From positions 50,840,001-50,904,000 of the forward strand of contig OX597820.1 of assembly GCA_951406725.2 (NCBI GenBank): DNA of 64,000 nucleotides. The letters are read 5' to 3'. Both the position numbers and the translations under genes were made by a program. Below the pieces are notes generated by a model. The model was given only the letters and a program-made list of their open reading frames with translations. It did not search any database and was not told where the DNA came from. Below, one piece after another: positions 14,467-36,639 of the stretch (position 1 is its first letter; each line of letters begins with the position of its first letter). The stretch comes from Octopus vulgaris (taxonomy: Eukaryota).

Positions 14467-15437
14467 TTATCACCACTATGCTTATGGAGACTTACAATTC
14501 TAGGGAATACTACGAAACCTATTTTAGTATCGAGTTATTTGCTCTCAGCTTTCTTTCATACACATTTTTACGATTTGGGGATAAGATTTTGTTCGTCAGC
14601 AAATGCTGCTTCTAGCCCTATGAACAATGCATCATCTCTTCTTACATTTATGAAACAGATAATTGCTTTTGTTTTTAGATGCAATATTTTTGTACTCAAT
14701 GTCTTGTTATCTAAAGGGTGGTAAGTTATTGTATTTATAACTTTCAAGGTCCGGTGATTATTTCTATATTCTTCATGATAATAGCATTTATACATTATTT
14801 ACATTATTTAGGTTATTTACATTCGACCCACAATTGCTCATCTCTTAAATATAGAACTGTAATAGCACTTATATTCTCAGTTATCCAGTCAGATGATACG
14901 TATCACTACGTTACTGTGTTAGTAATATCTCTGTTTCAGCCTTACATCTTCTTGTTAAAGATTTTAAATCAGAAGTGTGAGATAACACTATAACCTGAAG
15001 CATACCGATTACTTGAAATTTTTCGATGTTCGTTACTTGTTTATATGGCCTCAAAAGTTTTAGGTGTTATTGTTGTTTTGAATAATATCGACTTTGGTGA
15101 ATTATTTTTTAGCACAACATTTCCCATTATTCTTTTTAGTCCATCCTTTCCCATTATCCTTCACTTAATGTTGGAGATGCATTCCATCTACAATTTTTTT
15201 ATATATATTTCTTGCTACTTCGAGTCCGAATGTTCGATTTGTTCAAAAAGAAATGACATTTCATATCGAAAAATTTTTACAATTCGGTGGGTACTCTTCT
15301 TTTGAGGATTTCTTTGAGTTCTTATATATACATACATTTACACAAACACACATGGGCGCACACTCATACGTATTTATAAACTTTTGTGATGGTTGCTCCC
15401 TTGTTATCGAGTATGGCCATTGCACGAAGCTTACCTG

Positions 15438-16126
15438 TTATTGGTGCTGTGATCGAATGTGACTTTTTTGCCCAGTTAAAGATCTATAATGTCTTGTACA
15501 GAATTGGCAGCTAAAACCTTTACTGGCGATAGCCGGGTGTAGTTGTAAATAGGCTTCATGTACCTTTGCATGTCGTTTAAGTCCTCCAGCCGAATTACAC
15601 TCTCTTCCACATGCCTGACAGATATGATGTGTAACACCACCACCAGTAACCATTTTGTCACTCATTTGTCTCGCTTTATGTCTACGAAGATGACTCTTGA
15701 GTCCAGCATTACTGAAGCAGAGTCTTGCACAGACGCTGCATGTCAGCGTCATAGGAAAACCCTTCCCATCTGGAAGTGTAACAGCGATGACCTTCCTGAC
15801 ATCCCTCCTTAATTTCTCATGCGCAAATCGAGATTTCTCAAGGTAGCTGTGTCCTCGTGCACAATCCTTCTCCACCTGCTACGATCAATAGCTATGCCCA
15901 CCCATGTGTCAGGAGAGATGCAAGCTTCTCTTAAGGAATCCTTCAGCAAGTCCTTATACCTTTTTTTTTGGTTCATGTCGAGCCGCTCTCCTTTAGCTAA
16001 CTCTCCATAAAAGAGTTGTTTTGGCATCCATGAATCCTTCATCCTGACCAGATGACCACTCCATCTGAGCTTTTGCTTTAACACAAGAGCTTCTATACTT
16101 TCGCACCGAGAGCTTTCCATTCTCAA
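15438..16126 (-). mobile_element. RTE-clade LINE 3' fragment, frameshifted, with C-terminal C2H2 zinc fingers
   Basis: SIEALVLKQKLRWSGHLVRMKDSWMPKQLFYGEL..KRYKD.LK is an RTE C-terminus; then three CxxC..HxxxH motifs (CSVC, CQAC, CQFC). Confidence 0.8.
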
Positions 16127-16308
16127 CCAAAACTGTCCGACGAACAGTTATAGTTCTTGTGTTGCCTTTGCAGGTTTATTAATAGAACATATTACTCTAC
16201 CTCCCGTATTCGAGTACTAATTTCCCCACCTTGTTTCATATTTATGTGTTTACTCTGCTGTAAATACACATATGTATATACGTATGCACATTTGTACATA
16301 TGCATGTA

Positions 16309-16405
<97 letters not shown>

Positions 16406-16564
16406 CACGGCTACTCCACATTGGAAGGGGGAAATACCCCGAAACTAGTCCTAAAATGTTCTTTATGATAAAATTAGTTTAGCATTTTCTTCCTTGCCTT
16501 ATTTTCTTTATGTATAATATGTATATACATGTATATACATACTATAATTATATATGTATGTAAG

Positions 16565-16651
<87 letters not shown>

Positions 16652-16887
16652 CCGGAGTAAACACATAAATGGGAAACAAGGTGGAAAAAAGAGTACTCAA
16701 ATACCAGTGGTAGAGTAATATACTTTCTTTAAAGCGGCAGAAAATTCACCAAAACCTGTTACTCTGAGTTTCCCGTTGCCGTTCGTCGAATAGTTTTTGC
16801 TAGAATCTAGCAAAAACTGTCCGACGAACGGCAGCGTGAAACTCAGAGTAACAGGTTTTGTTGAATTTTCTGCTGCTTTAAATAAAG

Positions 16888-16890
<3 letters not shown>
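16127..16890. mobile_element. PLE-type terminal repeats in inverted arrangement, including a ~170-bp palindrome with HHR
   Basis: ~16720-16890 is a near-perfect palindrome centred on ctagaatctag; ~16190-16258 is the reverse complement of ~16652-16720. Confidence 0.75.
16811..16860 (+). ncRNA. Minimal type I hammerhead ribozyme (CCGACGA variant)
   Basis: caaaaactgt CCGACGA acg gcag cgt GAAA ctcagag TA acaggttttg; stems I, II and III all pair. Confidence 0.7.
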
Positions 16891-16920
<30 letters not shown>

Positions 16921-18574
16921 ATATGCACACATACATACATACATACATACGTACATACATACATACATACATACATACATACATACATACATACATACAT
17001 ACACATGTATGCTTTCTTTGTTCTTCTTTTAGTCTTTTCAAGTTGTGCTGATGTCATATTTTATACGGATTTAGAGATAGAATACATTCCGTTATTTAGC
17101 TGTTTCCGTATTCTTTACGTGGTATTTGATATTCTTATGTTTGAAAATTTGAGAACGTTCTCCTTTCCTTGGCAAGCACAGCTGCTGCTCTACGCGTTCT
17201 TATTTTCTCGCTAGTTCTGTAATGGCCGAAGGTATTAATTTTAAATTTATTACTATAATGATGACGATGATGATCATGATAATAATGTTCATAAGACTGT
17301 CGTTGTCATTATTAGTAGAAGTAGAATTATCATTAATATTATTGCAATTCTCCAGCTCCTTCTCCTCCTCCTCCTCCTCATTATCATCATCATTGTAATC
17401 ATCAACCTCATAGTCTATAGCTTGATCGTAGTAAAAGATACCTTGTAATATTTCCCGCTGTTTTTTATTTTCATGATTCCAACATCGAAGAAATGATGTA
17501 CCAGTCAAGTTACTGGATGGTTTTATCGGCTAACACTCTTCCTTTAAATATTTCTACTCGAACCGAGGACAACACATATGAGTACATTTCTCTGGACACC
17601 AGCCCTAACGTGTAAACATATAGCGACAGTAACAATAAGAAAGGTTGTAAACTATAGAAATATTTGTAAATACTGACTATAGTATGAGTAATACTCTTGC
17701 TAAGGTTTTCATTAACAGTCAGTATCATAATATAATATGAAATATATTTAATCGAAAATTAAAGCTTTCTAGCGTATGGCTGGAAGGAGTGTAACTCCCT
17801 GCCTGAATAATTTATCATTGAATAAGGAAGGAGGAAAACAAAATACCTCTGCCTAACAAAAATATAGAATAACGCTTAGTATGTCCCAAAAAGAACAGAT
17901 GTTAGAAGTACCAGAAAGATTGATCAGTAAATGTGACAACGATAAACGACTCTGAGGTGCTTATCCACATTTAATTATGGAAGACGAATCGCAAAGTAGA
18001 ACAATACATGTCCATAAGCGTATCTGGTGACGTTGCCGGGCTACTCTTCCTATCCTCAGGCGAAGTTGAGGGTAAAATGAGTCAGTAGTGAGAGTATTTC
18101 AAGAGATAATAGAAAGTGTATAACTGCTGCAATTGATATTGCAACAGAATGCTAGAACTATAAAGTCACTCAATTGTAACCTGAGAGAATATCAACAATC
18201 GCTTACGTTAAGCTAGAGCTGAAACTTGAGAAATTGCAAGGTAGTATTTTAGTAAAGAACACACTGGAGATCTACCTATATTTGAAAATATATATGCTCG
18301 AGTCTGATGGGATCTTCAAGTATCGACTTATTAAATATGATTATCCGTGCATTTAGTTGACCTTTACAGAATACAACTGAGAAGACGATATTTTAAGGTG
18401 AGCTCAGTGCCAGCAACCAACTAGGAGTGTATGCGTGTCTAGGCGAGTAGTAAATGAGTTTCCTTTGGTTTAATATATATACACCATCACATATATACAC
18501 ATGCTCATCTCTCTCTCTCTCTCTCTCAGACGTACACACAAATACATATATACTATTGTTATATATATCTATAT

Positions 18575-18803
18575 GGCGGCGAGCTGGCAGAAACGTTAGC
18601 ACGCCGGGCGAAATGCGTAGCTGTATTTCGTCTGTCGTCACGTTCCGAGTTCAAATTCCGCCGAGGTCGACTTTGCCTTTCATCCTTTCGGGGTCGATAA
18701 ATTAAGTACCAGTTACACACTGGGGTCGATATAATCGACTTAATCCGTTCGTCTGTCCTTGTTTGTCCCGTCTGTGTTTAGCCCCTTGTGGGTAGTAAAG
18801 AAA
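18575..18803 (+). mobile_element. Full-length tRNA-derived SINE with a central domain resembling the Meta/MESC type
   Basis: ggcggcgagctggcagaaacg..gagttcaaattccgcc (A/B boxes), then gaggtcgactttgcctttcatcctttcggggtcgataaattaagtaccag; many copies in the window. Confidence 0.8.
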
Positions 18804-19914
18804 TATATATGGTTATTGTGCTTATAATCATATAACATTCCACGTTCTTGTGTAACGTCTTATAAAATCTTTTTCATTTTGAAAGAAATGGCCTGTTGGG
18901 AAAAATATTACTATTGTTATTGAGGTTGTTGATTGTTTTTTATTTGTTCTTCTTGACTATATCGCTGATCTGTCATTTTCACAAATAGTGAATTATAACG
19001 AGTTATCATGGATTCTTTGGGATTCAATCATGAACTCAGTTTTCGAGTAGTGGCCTGTAGTTAATGATAGTCCAATTTCCTGCAATCCCTTTGTTCGAAT
19101 GTCGATCAGAATTTTCTTTTTCTATGATTATATTTTCTTCATGGTAGTACCAACGATGCTCTTACTAATAGCATATATTCATTTCTTTTATGCCTCACAA
19201 CATTGCAATTTTTCAAATTTTTGTATTTCTCAATGACTTCTGTTTCACAGATTCTGTTGACACTGGTGGGGTGCACAACAACTAAACGTGCATTAAATTT
19301 CGTTTTTCGTGAAAGCTATGAATGTCTGGTATTTGTATATGTATTAGTTTATCATACAGAATTTTGATATACCACAAATTAATATGCCTAAGGCTTTAAA
19401 GTGAGTCAATGTAGCTTCTCAGCTCTGTCTGATGTATATTACTCTGGTTGATTTCAACGAACAATGAATGCGATATTCAAATAAGTCCCATTGTATTCTC
19501 TTCGTGCAATTTTACAATGTTTCTTTGCTATGGTTTTACAGAGAGCGGTAGTTCTTTCATGACGCGCTTTAACGCTCCAGTTCCAAAGTTTAAATTTGAT
19601 ATTAGGATCTAGTCACATTTCATTCGCTTTTCCACAATGCTAATCAGAGCTTTGTGAAATCGTTCATTCATTGTTTTTCACTCTGTTCTGATTCTCTTCC
19701 ATTCATTCTTATGAATCGTCTTCACACTTGACCACAGAAGAGACACGTACACTAAGAACGGGTCCTATCGCCAAGTTGCCTAAATTATTCTTTTCTACAG
19801 TTAAAACTTTCTCATAATATACCAAAAATATTGTTTTGTTTCTTTCTTAGACAGTTCAAGCTATGCACGTTACACATCGAGTGCAATACCAAATTGTTAG
19901 ATCTTCCTTACTTT

Positions 19915-21160
19915 TTCAATTCAATTCAATTCAATTTTTATTGGCTCAAAAAGCAAAAGCAAGGCCATTTAGGAGGACAGGGAGGGTGGTCATACAAAGA
20001 GTTCAGGCCATTTCTGGTCAAGAGAGACTTTGAACCGACCGGTCGTCGGTATCTTCACTATCTCTTCCTGCAGCTTATTGCACGGATCCGCAACCCGGAC
20101 GGATAAAGCCCCACTCCTTCGATTTAGATGGAATCGTCGTAGATAGAGCTTTTCGGAGTGATTTCACAGCCCACGCTCTGAAGCAGGTGTGAAGAACAGC
20201 TCTTTCGAGAGGTTACACTTTCCGCTTATGATGTTGTTAGCGAGAATGAGGTCACCACGGCGTCGTCGTTTTTCGAGAGAATAAAGGTCGAGCGTTTTCA
20301 GCCATTCTTCATAAGACAAATGCTTGAGACCAAGGACCATGCGGGTGGCCAGCTTCTGGACTCTTTCGAGATGATGTACGTCTTTGAGGAGAGAAGGAGG
20401 AGAGAAGGAGAAGAGGCTTGAATCCTGTACTCCAATATGGGTCTCACCAGCGTGACATAGAGCGGTAGGAATATGGCTGCTGTGAGCATTCCGAATTACT
20501 CTCGAATCAGAACTCCGCGTGCTTTATTGGCAGCTTGAACGCGTTGGGCCGAAGGCGAAAAGGAAGAATACCCCAAGATACCCAGGTCCTTTACTTGGTC
20601 GGTCTTCTCCAGCAGCAGACGACTCGGCGCGAAATCAAGTTCAGTTGCAAGAGAGGAGCCAACAGGCAGATGAGATCACTTTGACACGTTCAGACACACG
20701 TCCCATTCGTTTGACCATCTCCAAACTTGGTGGAGACATCGACGAAGATCATCTATTTCACTGTGAGGAGCGACCAGTTTTACATCGTCGGCAAATAGAA
20801 GGGTGTGTTGCGTGAGGTTGTCGGGCAATGATTGATGAAGACTAAAAACAATAATGGCCCAAGCACTGAGCCTTGAGGCACGCCACTGCTCGCACTGGAG
20901 ACGTCGGACAGTGAACCATTAACTTGGACTTGGAAGGAGCGATCTGAGAGGAAGGCATCAACCCATCGTACAATATCCGGATGGAAACGATATGCTTGAA
21001 GCTTGACAAGTAATAGGCGGTGGTTAATCGAGTCAAAAGCTTTGGCAAAGTCCAATAAGACGATGACAACAGCATTACCATCATCCAGGATACGCGTCAC
21101 CAATTCTTCCATTACCAGTAAGTTGATCAAGCATGATCTCTTCGGCACGAAGCCGTGTTA
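19915..21160 (-). mobile_element. CR1-clade LINE, 5'-truncated RT fragment with (TTGAA)n tail
   Basis: RSCLINLL..LDFAKAFDSINH..SGVPQGSVLGPLLFLVFIN; [12 protein letters not shown]; RRRRGDLI-like codons; ttcaattcaattcaatt tail at ~19915-19935. Confidence 0.85.
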
Positions 21161-22138
21161 GGAATCAGAGATAGAGGCTGTGTTTTGGAGGTGAAGCAAC
21201 ATAAAATTCATATATTTAATCATGCTTGTCATAATGATGTTACAGGCTTATATAATTTAGATAATCTGTGTGTCATCCATTTGATCAGGTGTATTTACAC
21301 CTTACCTATCTCCGTATGTATATTTTTCTTCGGTATTCAATTTCAAATTATCTACATTACAGTTCTCTAATTCTTCATCATTCCTGTCTTGCTGTACATC
21401 ATCTTCATCATTTGTATGTTCTGTATTAAATGTCTTGCTTCACCTTAGTCTTCAAGTTGTAGTTCAGTAGACTTCAAGTTCTAGTTTAGTCATAGACTGG
21501 TCACAAATATTTATTTTCGTTACGCTGATTCAGCGGAGAATAGCCCAGCACTTCCGAAATATCCCGTTTATATTATTTTTACATGAATACCATTTCAATT
21601 TAGTGTGTTACTGTTGTAGGAAAAACGGCACTCCCTTTCCCACGTGACAAAGTGTTATGTGCAGCCACTAAAAAATCAAGCAGCCATCTAGTCAGTAGTA
21701 GTAGAGTCATTGTACGAGTTTTCAGCTGGAGTCAATGTCAGTTGAGTTACACATACGAGTTCGAGTTACCGTCAAGGTAGACATTTCAAGTCATGTCTTG
21801 CAGAGCTCTCAGCAGTAGCACAATAGATGAGTCGAAGATAGTAAGACGTGGAATATCGCCACAACATAATAGTGGTGACAAGAATATTACAGTACCGACA
21901 ATAATATACAAGTGGTACAGGATCCACATTATATCAGTTACTTTGATAAAAGTACCATATTGTCCAGATACACCTCTGAGTTTCTGTTTTTGTTGTTGCT
22001 TTTTGACGAATGGTTAACCTCAGACAATGTAGGAACTGAAAAAAAGCGGTAATTTTTATTTTTGTCCTCCAACAGCGAGGTAATTTTAAATAGATGATGA
22101 ATTTCGTTTCCATGTCATTCAGTACAACCCATGAATGT

Positions 22139-22173
<35 letters not shown>

Positions 22174-23569
22174 CACATACACGCACACATGCACGCACGC
22201 ACACATACATACACACATATGTATATGTACGTATGTATGTTTGTATGCATGCATGTATACATTAATGAAGTCGTACCGAATCACAGGCACACAATGTTCA
22301 TTATATATTTAAAATTGCCACATGGTCAAATGACGAAAAGAAATATGTAGTGGTACATTTCTGATATGAATTTATCCCGTTGTGATAGACTCCTCTATAC
22401 GATTATCAAAAAGCTACTAGAAAAATTAGCGATAAGATGAGGTCGGTTATACTCTATATCATTATTGTTGCATCACTTCAAATTGCTATGGATCTCCATG
22501 AGAAAACATTAGCACGAATGCACCAGGAATAAAGAGTAGAGGATTTCTGGATACAACGGAAGGAGGCATTTTTAACCAGGATATGATTATTGGGAAAACA
22601 GCGTTTAACTGAATTTGATCGTGAAACAATACGATGGAGGATGGCACAAACTATAGAGCGTCGAAAATATTTGAATAATTTAGAAAATATCAGCTTAAGT
22701 TCATGGGCACAAAGTCTCAAATTACGCGCTTAATGATAAACTTTATTTGTGGTTCATGCACTATTTTAAGACACATGAATTTCTCTCATAAGAACAAATC
22801 TCGGAGTTTTCAGCCAGCATAAATAGAGGTATTTCATTTTTATCTTCAGTATGTAGGAAAATTAAAAATAATGCGTTTCTTTACAATCTTCCACTACCAA
22901 TAACAGACCAGTGTGTATAGGTTGTGTAATAGTCGAGCTTGTATTTATTTCTTTGCTTCTACACGTGTATCACTGGAGACAATAAAACTAGATAATTGAC
23001 TCAGCTGTTGAACCATCATGCGTCGAAAGTGAGAGAGAAATAGAATATAGCATATTATCACCGTTGCGCAGCAAAATTTGAAAACAGTAATTAAATGTCG
23101 TCTGGAAGACTTGTTCTTCTTACTTATTTTAATGCTTATTCCGTGACCGCTTTCCATTTCATAAAAACATCATCACTTTGTCTGATTTGAGAGTTCAGTG
23201 ATACGTTGTTGCATATAAACGTAGAACTACATACCTGATGCTGCTTAGAAACATTAAATATATGTTTCCACGTTTCATTACACTGTCAGGTTTAAGAATA
23301 ATGAGGATGCCTTCACAATTCTTATGTTTACAGTATCACAAATGTCTGCTTCATATTCAGCGTATATTTCTCAGCTGGCTAATTACAATAATATGCCTTC
23401 GAGAAATGTAGCTAGATAAATTAGTACACGAAGAAATTTAAAATAAAGAGAAATGAGAGCAAAAACCACCGCAGAGCAAATACCTGATTTGAATCAGAAA
23501 CCACATGTAGACCAAACAATTAACCCCTCAGTTGTTCGAAGCCTCTTGTTTCACACCTCTGGTTTCACG

Positions 23570-24010
23570 AGTAGTATTATTTGATTGTCAGGATCAGCGT
23601 CTTCCAACTATGATTTATCTGTATAATGTTCTGAATCATGAACAACGAGACACGCGACCATATAATCTCTGAATGTAGCCAAGTGCGATAACGCTGGGGA
23701 TCTCACTGGTCAATATGCTGCACATTATGCTTTCCTCACAAGAAGAATTGTGGGAATAACATATGTAGTCAAGAATGTTTAAGTTACCATCTTTTGGAAT
23801 TACAGTGCAGAGACTGACCGGAAAATTTCAGCTTGCCGGCCAGATATCATTGCGAGTCAGTTATGCTTACAAGAAGTCTTCAGGCGATATTTTGTGCCCA
23901 ATCGATATAGAAACTAAAGAATTAAGAGGAAAGTTAAAGGTAAGTCATAAACATTGTTTGTCTGGGCCACCAGTCCTCTTTTATGTTACTGCTTTATCGA
24001 TATGGAGATA
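23570..24010 (+). mobile_element. Old R4/Dong-like RLE-domain relic
   Basis: Degenerate ETRDHIISECSQ and WNYSAETDRKISACRPDII motifs parallel ETINHIISSC and LWD..TDREIKANRPDIV of the young element. Confidence 0.55.
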
Positions 24011-24057
24011 TTAGGATATAAGAGGAGGCACAAGGCTAGCAAAGACAGACAAAATAC

Positions 24058-24290
24058 CTATTTCTTTATTACCCACAAAGGGCTAAACATAGAGGGGACA
24101 GACAAGGACAGACATAAGTATTAAGTCGATTACATCGACCCCAGTGCGTAACTGGTACTTAATTTATCGACCCCGAAAAGATGAAAGGCAAAGTCAACCT
24201 CGGCGGAATTTGAACTCACAACGTAACGACAAGCGAAATACCGTTAAGCATTTCGCCCGGCGTGCTAACGTTTCTGCCAGCTCTCCGCCT
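24058..24290 (-). mobile_element. SINE of the 18575 family, followed by a partial extra head to ~24365
   Basis: Reverse complement of the 18575-18803 sequence. Confidence 0.8.
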
Positions 24291-24589
24291 TTTAAAGACA
24301 GGCAAAATACCGCTAAGCATTTTTCCCGTTGTAGTAACGCTTATGCTACCAAGCCACCGTTACCGATATAGACATATTAAAACAGAAGATGAGGAACCGA
24401 CAGTGAGTTAGATATATGCAGACATCTACGCACGTATTAATGGACACAAGTCTCACATACGTATATTCAAAGCCTCTAATGCATTTATCTACATATACAC
24501 AACCCATGCTTGTCTTCATATGTAATAGTATCGGAAATTTTATTTGGTAGTTATATGTATGCATATATGTAGATACATCCATACCTTCC

Positions 24590-24634
<45 letters not shown>

Positions 24635-25261
24635 AATAATAAGTATCACATGTATAAATATATATATGTCTGTATTTAGGTGTGTGTATATACATTTAAA
24701 TATATGCAAACTTATAACTACCCAACAAAATCTCCGGTACTAATACACTTAGCACCACACACAGTTGTATATACGTAGCTAAATGCATGACAGTTTTTGA
24801 ATGTACATATATAAGAGATTGTGTCCATTATTGCGTGTTTCTTTGCTTACACCTTATATTCGTTAAAACTTATTGAAAATAAATCCAATTTTATTGAATT
24901 TCTATTTTTGCTTCTTACAGAAATGTTTTTGCCGGGCATTTCTGTTCTTCTTCTGTTCCATATAAAATTTGACTCAGAGATATTTGAATCGTTTAATATT
25001 AATACAAGAATAGAACATGACATTCCTATGATGGAATTATTGTTTTCCTAATATTCTTCCCGTTTCGTGTAGTTTGTTTATTTCCCAATAATAATGTAAT
25101 TCAATAACACTTTTACAGTTAACTTCAAACACAATTGTTTACTTAACACTTTACATACATTCTACTTTCTATGTTTCTTAAAAACTCCTGCAGAATACTT
25201 TGCTGCTCTAACTAACCGGATTACCAAAAATATTTACTGAATTCACTGGTTTTAGAAGCAT

Positions 25262-25265
25262 ACAA

Positions 25266-25340
<75 letters not shown>
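25262..25340. repeat. (CA)n microsatellite
   Basis: Visible run. Confidence 0.95.
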
Positions 25341-25342
<2 letters not shown>

Positions 25343-25499
25343 ATACGATAAGATTGAATGAACAGGCTTTAAACTATATCACCACAGTTGTTCCTATGTA
25401 TTAGCATCAGTTAGTAAAGTCACTCACCCAATGACATGCAGGTACCAAATTATTGTCGGGTCATATTTCATATAATATATATATATAAAATGAAACACC

Positions 25500-26895
25500 C
25501 AGCAATTAACAGTTGATGTTAATGCAAAGAAACCATTGTAGTGATTTGGATTAAATCCTGTTCATTCCATCTTTTTGTATTCTAATATGTTGTGCGAATT
25601 CTTTCTACACTCACGGATGTCCTCCTGTGTATCTAGAAAATAGAGATGTCCTGCTGCATGCCAGCATATGATATGGTAGACGATATTTGATGAGAAACTC
25701 TGGAAATCACGTAATAAGGCTGTTACCCAGTCACTCTTACCATGCTTTCTGATAGAATCTTCTGTGCGTAAAAATGTGACCTCCTTGCGACAATGTAAAC
25801 CTTATTTAATCAAGATACCCTTGGCCCAACGAGGAGCCTGCTGTATGCACCTACCTTGCATATTTACCTCTTCCGAGGTTCCGCCACCTTCATCGTGGAC
25901 AATATTGGGATATAAGGAAGAAACACCCATGCCTCGAAAAGCGGTCAAACAAAAGTCTTCCATCTAAGTTTCTCTATAGACTTTTGAGGTTGGTGTTACA
26001 AAGTAACTTAAGGAAGTTTAGACAAACATTTTACCATCAGACGAGTGGTTGCGCTATGGTCCCCCACCGGCAGTTAGCTTCGTGAATGTCTGCATCACAC
26101 AATTCGAATACAGTGTCTGGAGACATTTAAATCCCTATATGGCCATGAATGAATACTCTGGATACAGTTCATTGATGACGTCTTGTTTGTCTGGGAAGAA
26201 TCACAGTATAGTTTAATCGACTTCCTGCAATGCTGTGGGACTGTTATGCCAAATCTATGGCTTTAAGTCCAACATAAAATTTACGTCTAATATTTCAAAA
26301 CCTAGTGTTAAACTTTTGGACACAAAAGTTAAGATTTCTGGAGGCAGAATAGTGACAGAATTATTTTGCAAGCCCACATCATCCAAAATTTACTTCCACC
26401 GCCGTTCCGATCATCCACGTGATATAATTCGGTTAAATCCAAAATACCAATTTTTAAGTATAAAGCGGATTTCTAATGAGATAGAGAGTTACTTGAAACA
26501 TGCAAATGCTTTTGTACACCATTATATCGAACGTGGTTACAGTGAATCACGATTAAAGGAAATATCAAATAACATAGTAAGATTAGCAAAGAAACTCAAA
26601 CTTTGAAGCATAATTTTAGCAAAGTACAATACGTGACATGATTCAGTTAGTGATTAAATGAAAGAAAGTTCGCTGGCATTTCAAAAGTGGTACATGAAAG
26701 TTACCAGCATTTTAGAGGAAAATATTCTCGTTTGAAATAAATATTTCCTCAGCTACCTATTGTAGCTTTTAGACGGAATAAAAACATAAGAGAACTATTA
26801 ACCTCTACTTCTGACTCCAAGGAAACTAACACTGGAGCTTCAACATGCAGTACCTTCAAAAACAGCCACAAGAGAGTTAAGCTCTATTCATTGTG

Positions 26896-26934
<39 letters not shown>

Positions 26935-27590
26935 CTAGCGAATTCCACCAAGAGTCATGAGGAAATGTTATGATTTACAGCGAAGGTGGTACGTGCAGAG
27001 ATTCTCATTTGGTGTGCACAGCAGAGTGCGCAAAACACAACTTGGTTTATGCTGGTTGTACAACAGAACAACTAAACAAAAATCGAATGGGCACAGATGT
27101 GACATCAGGCATATTAACAATAGTTCGACAGAACTTGCCGAATATTTTACATCAAACCGCTGCAATTTTGAAAAAAGCTTGAAAGTGCATATTCTCTGAA
27201 AATATTATGAATCTGCTACACTTTCAGTACTTAAAATGCATGAGAAGAAATCTGTTTGCGAATTATTAAGATTAAGCATAAAATGAGAGGAAAATTTCAT
27301 CATATTTGCACAAAACTTTGATTAGATATTCTTCATTTTCCTTTACTTTTTGTTTTCTCTTTTTTTTTTGCCAATTGTAAACTTGGAAATTGTAGACTGA
27401 TGATGTCATACCATCAAGCTGAGAACGCTGCTTGCCGTCGTTCAAATTTTGGATTTCAATTTCTATAATTTTGAATTACTATGTATCACTTTTCATTTTG
27501 AATTCGACAAAGACAGGATGGCTGTCGAAATATCATTGGACCAATAGCATATCTACAGCAATCACATCGCGATTTTCCTTTTATCTTCAC
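25500..27590 (+). mobile_element. Degenerate Penelope-like element (RT plus GIY-YIG)
   Basis: QFIDDVLFVW (RT catalytic), LLDTKV..LFCKPTSSKIYFHRRSDHP (PLE thumb), PIVAFRRNKNIRELL, CAKHNLVYAGCT (GIY-YIG); many stops and frameshifts. Confidence 0.8.
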
Positions 27591-27599
27591 TCGTGAAGA

Positions 27600-31797
<4,198 letters not shown>

Positions 31798-31815
31798 ATG
31801 TTCAATTATTATTCA

Positions 31816-34844
<3,029 letters not shown>

Positions 34845-35045
34845 TGATACCTATTATCTTGTTTTTAGCATTGAGCTCTGTGTTTAGTATTGATCTAACT
34901 TGATACCTATTATCTTGTTTTTAGCATTGAGCTCTGTGTTTAGTATTGATCTAACTTGAGCTCTGTGTTTAGTATTGATCTAACTTTGAGCTCTGTGTTT
35001 AGTATTGATCTAACTTTGAGCTCTGTGTTTAGTATTGATCTAACT

Positions 35046-35775
<730 letters not shown>

Positions 35776-36500
35776 CTGCGTTTGCACAACTTCTGATGCT
35801 GGAGATGTATTACAGTGTCAGCTGTTCCCTACCAATGACCTAAGGTAACATCTTATTTTTTAGCACCTTCCAGAGTATTCAAGCGGTTCCAAGCAGTGCT
35901 GTTTTCTGCAAGTGCTCCAAACATATTGCAGACATTATTCGTTCCACGTACTTTTCGAGATTTTTGTTCACTGTTCCCAGGGCTCCCACAATTATTGGTA
36001 CTACTGCTATCTATTTCCGCGATCACAACTGCTTAACTTCCCAAGCTAACCTGTCATATCTCTCGACTTTCTTCTTGATCGCATACTTTGTTGTCCGGCC
36101 TTCTCTTCTCTATCTCATGGTCGCACTCAGTCATAAAATCCCATAGGATCTTTGCATTTCCATTTTAGACGATGCCTTCAGGTTTGTGGTCGTTCCAATT
36201 TTGGCTCTGTCAAGTCCATACTTGTTGCAAAGTGTCCAACGAAAAAGCCTGGCTATAATGTCGTGTCATCTCTTATATTCCTTCAGGGCTAGTGGCGTAC
36301 ATTGGTTAATAATATGCCATCCGGTTTCACCGTTTTCTCCACTTATCACTTCCTGTTGTGTTGTCTATTCTGTATCTTATGTAGGGGGTTCTTAGTGGTT
36401 GCTCTTGAGTAGCACATATTAGAACCTCCGTTTCCGGTTTTAAATCACTTGTAGTCAAACACAGCCATCTTTTTCTCTGCTTGCCTTATCTTCAACGTCC
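35776..36500 (-). mobile_element. Older, diverged R4/Dong-like 3' fragment
   Basis: Minus-strand SDLKPETEVLICATQEQ, VPIIVGALG and LQKTALLGTA motifs; stops and frameshifts. Confidence 0.75.
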
Positions 36501-36560
36501 CTATTATTATTATTATTATTATTATTATTCGTAGTAGTAGTAGTAGTAGTAGTAGTAGTT

Positions 36561-36614
<54 letters not shown>

Positions 36615-36630
36615 ATGTAATTATTATCAT
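36501..36630. repeat. (TTA)n-(GTA)n microsatellite
   Basis: Visible; separates two old R4/Dong relics. Confidence 0.92.
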
Positions 36631-36639
36631 TGAAAAATT

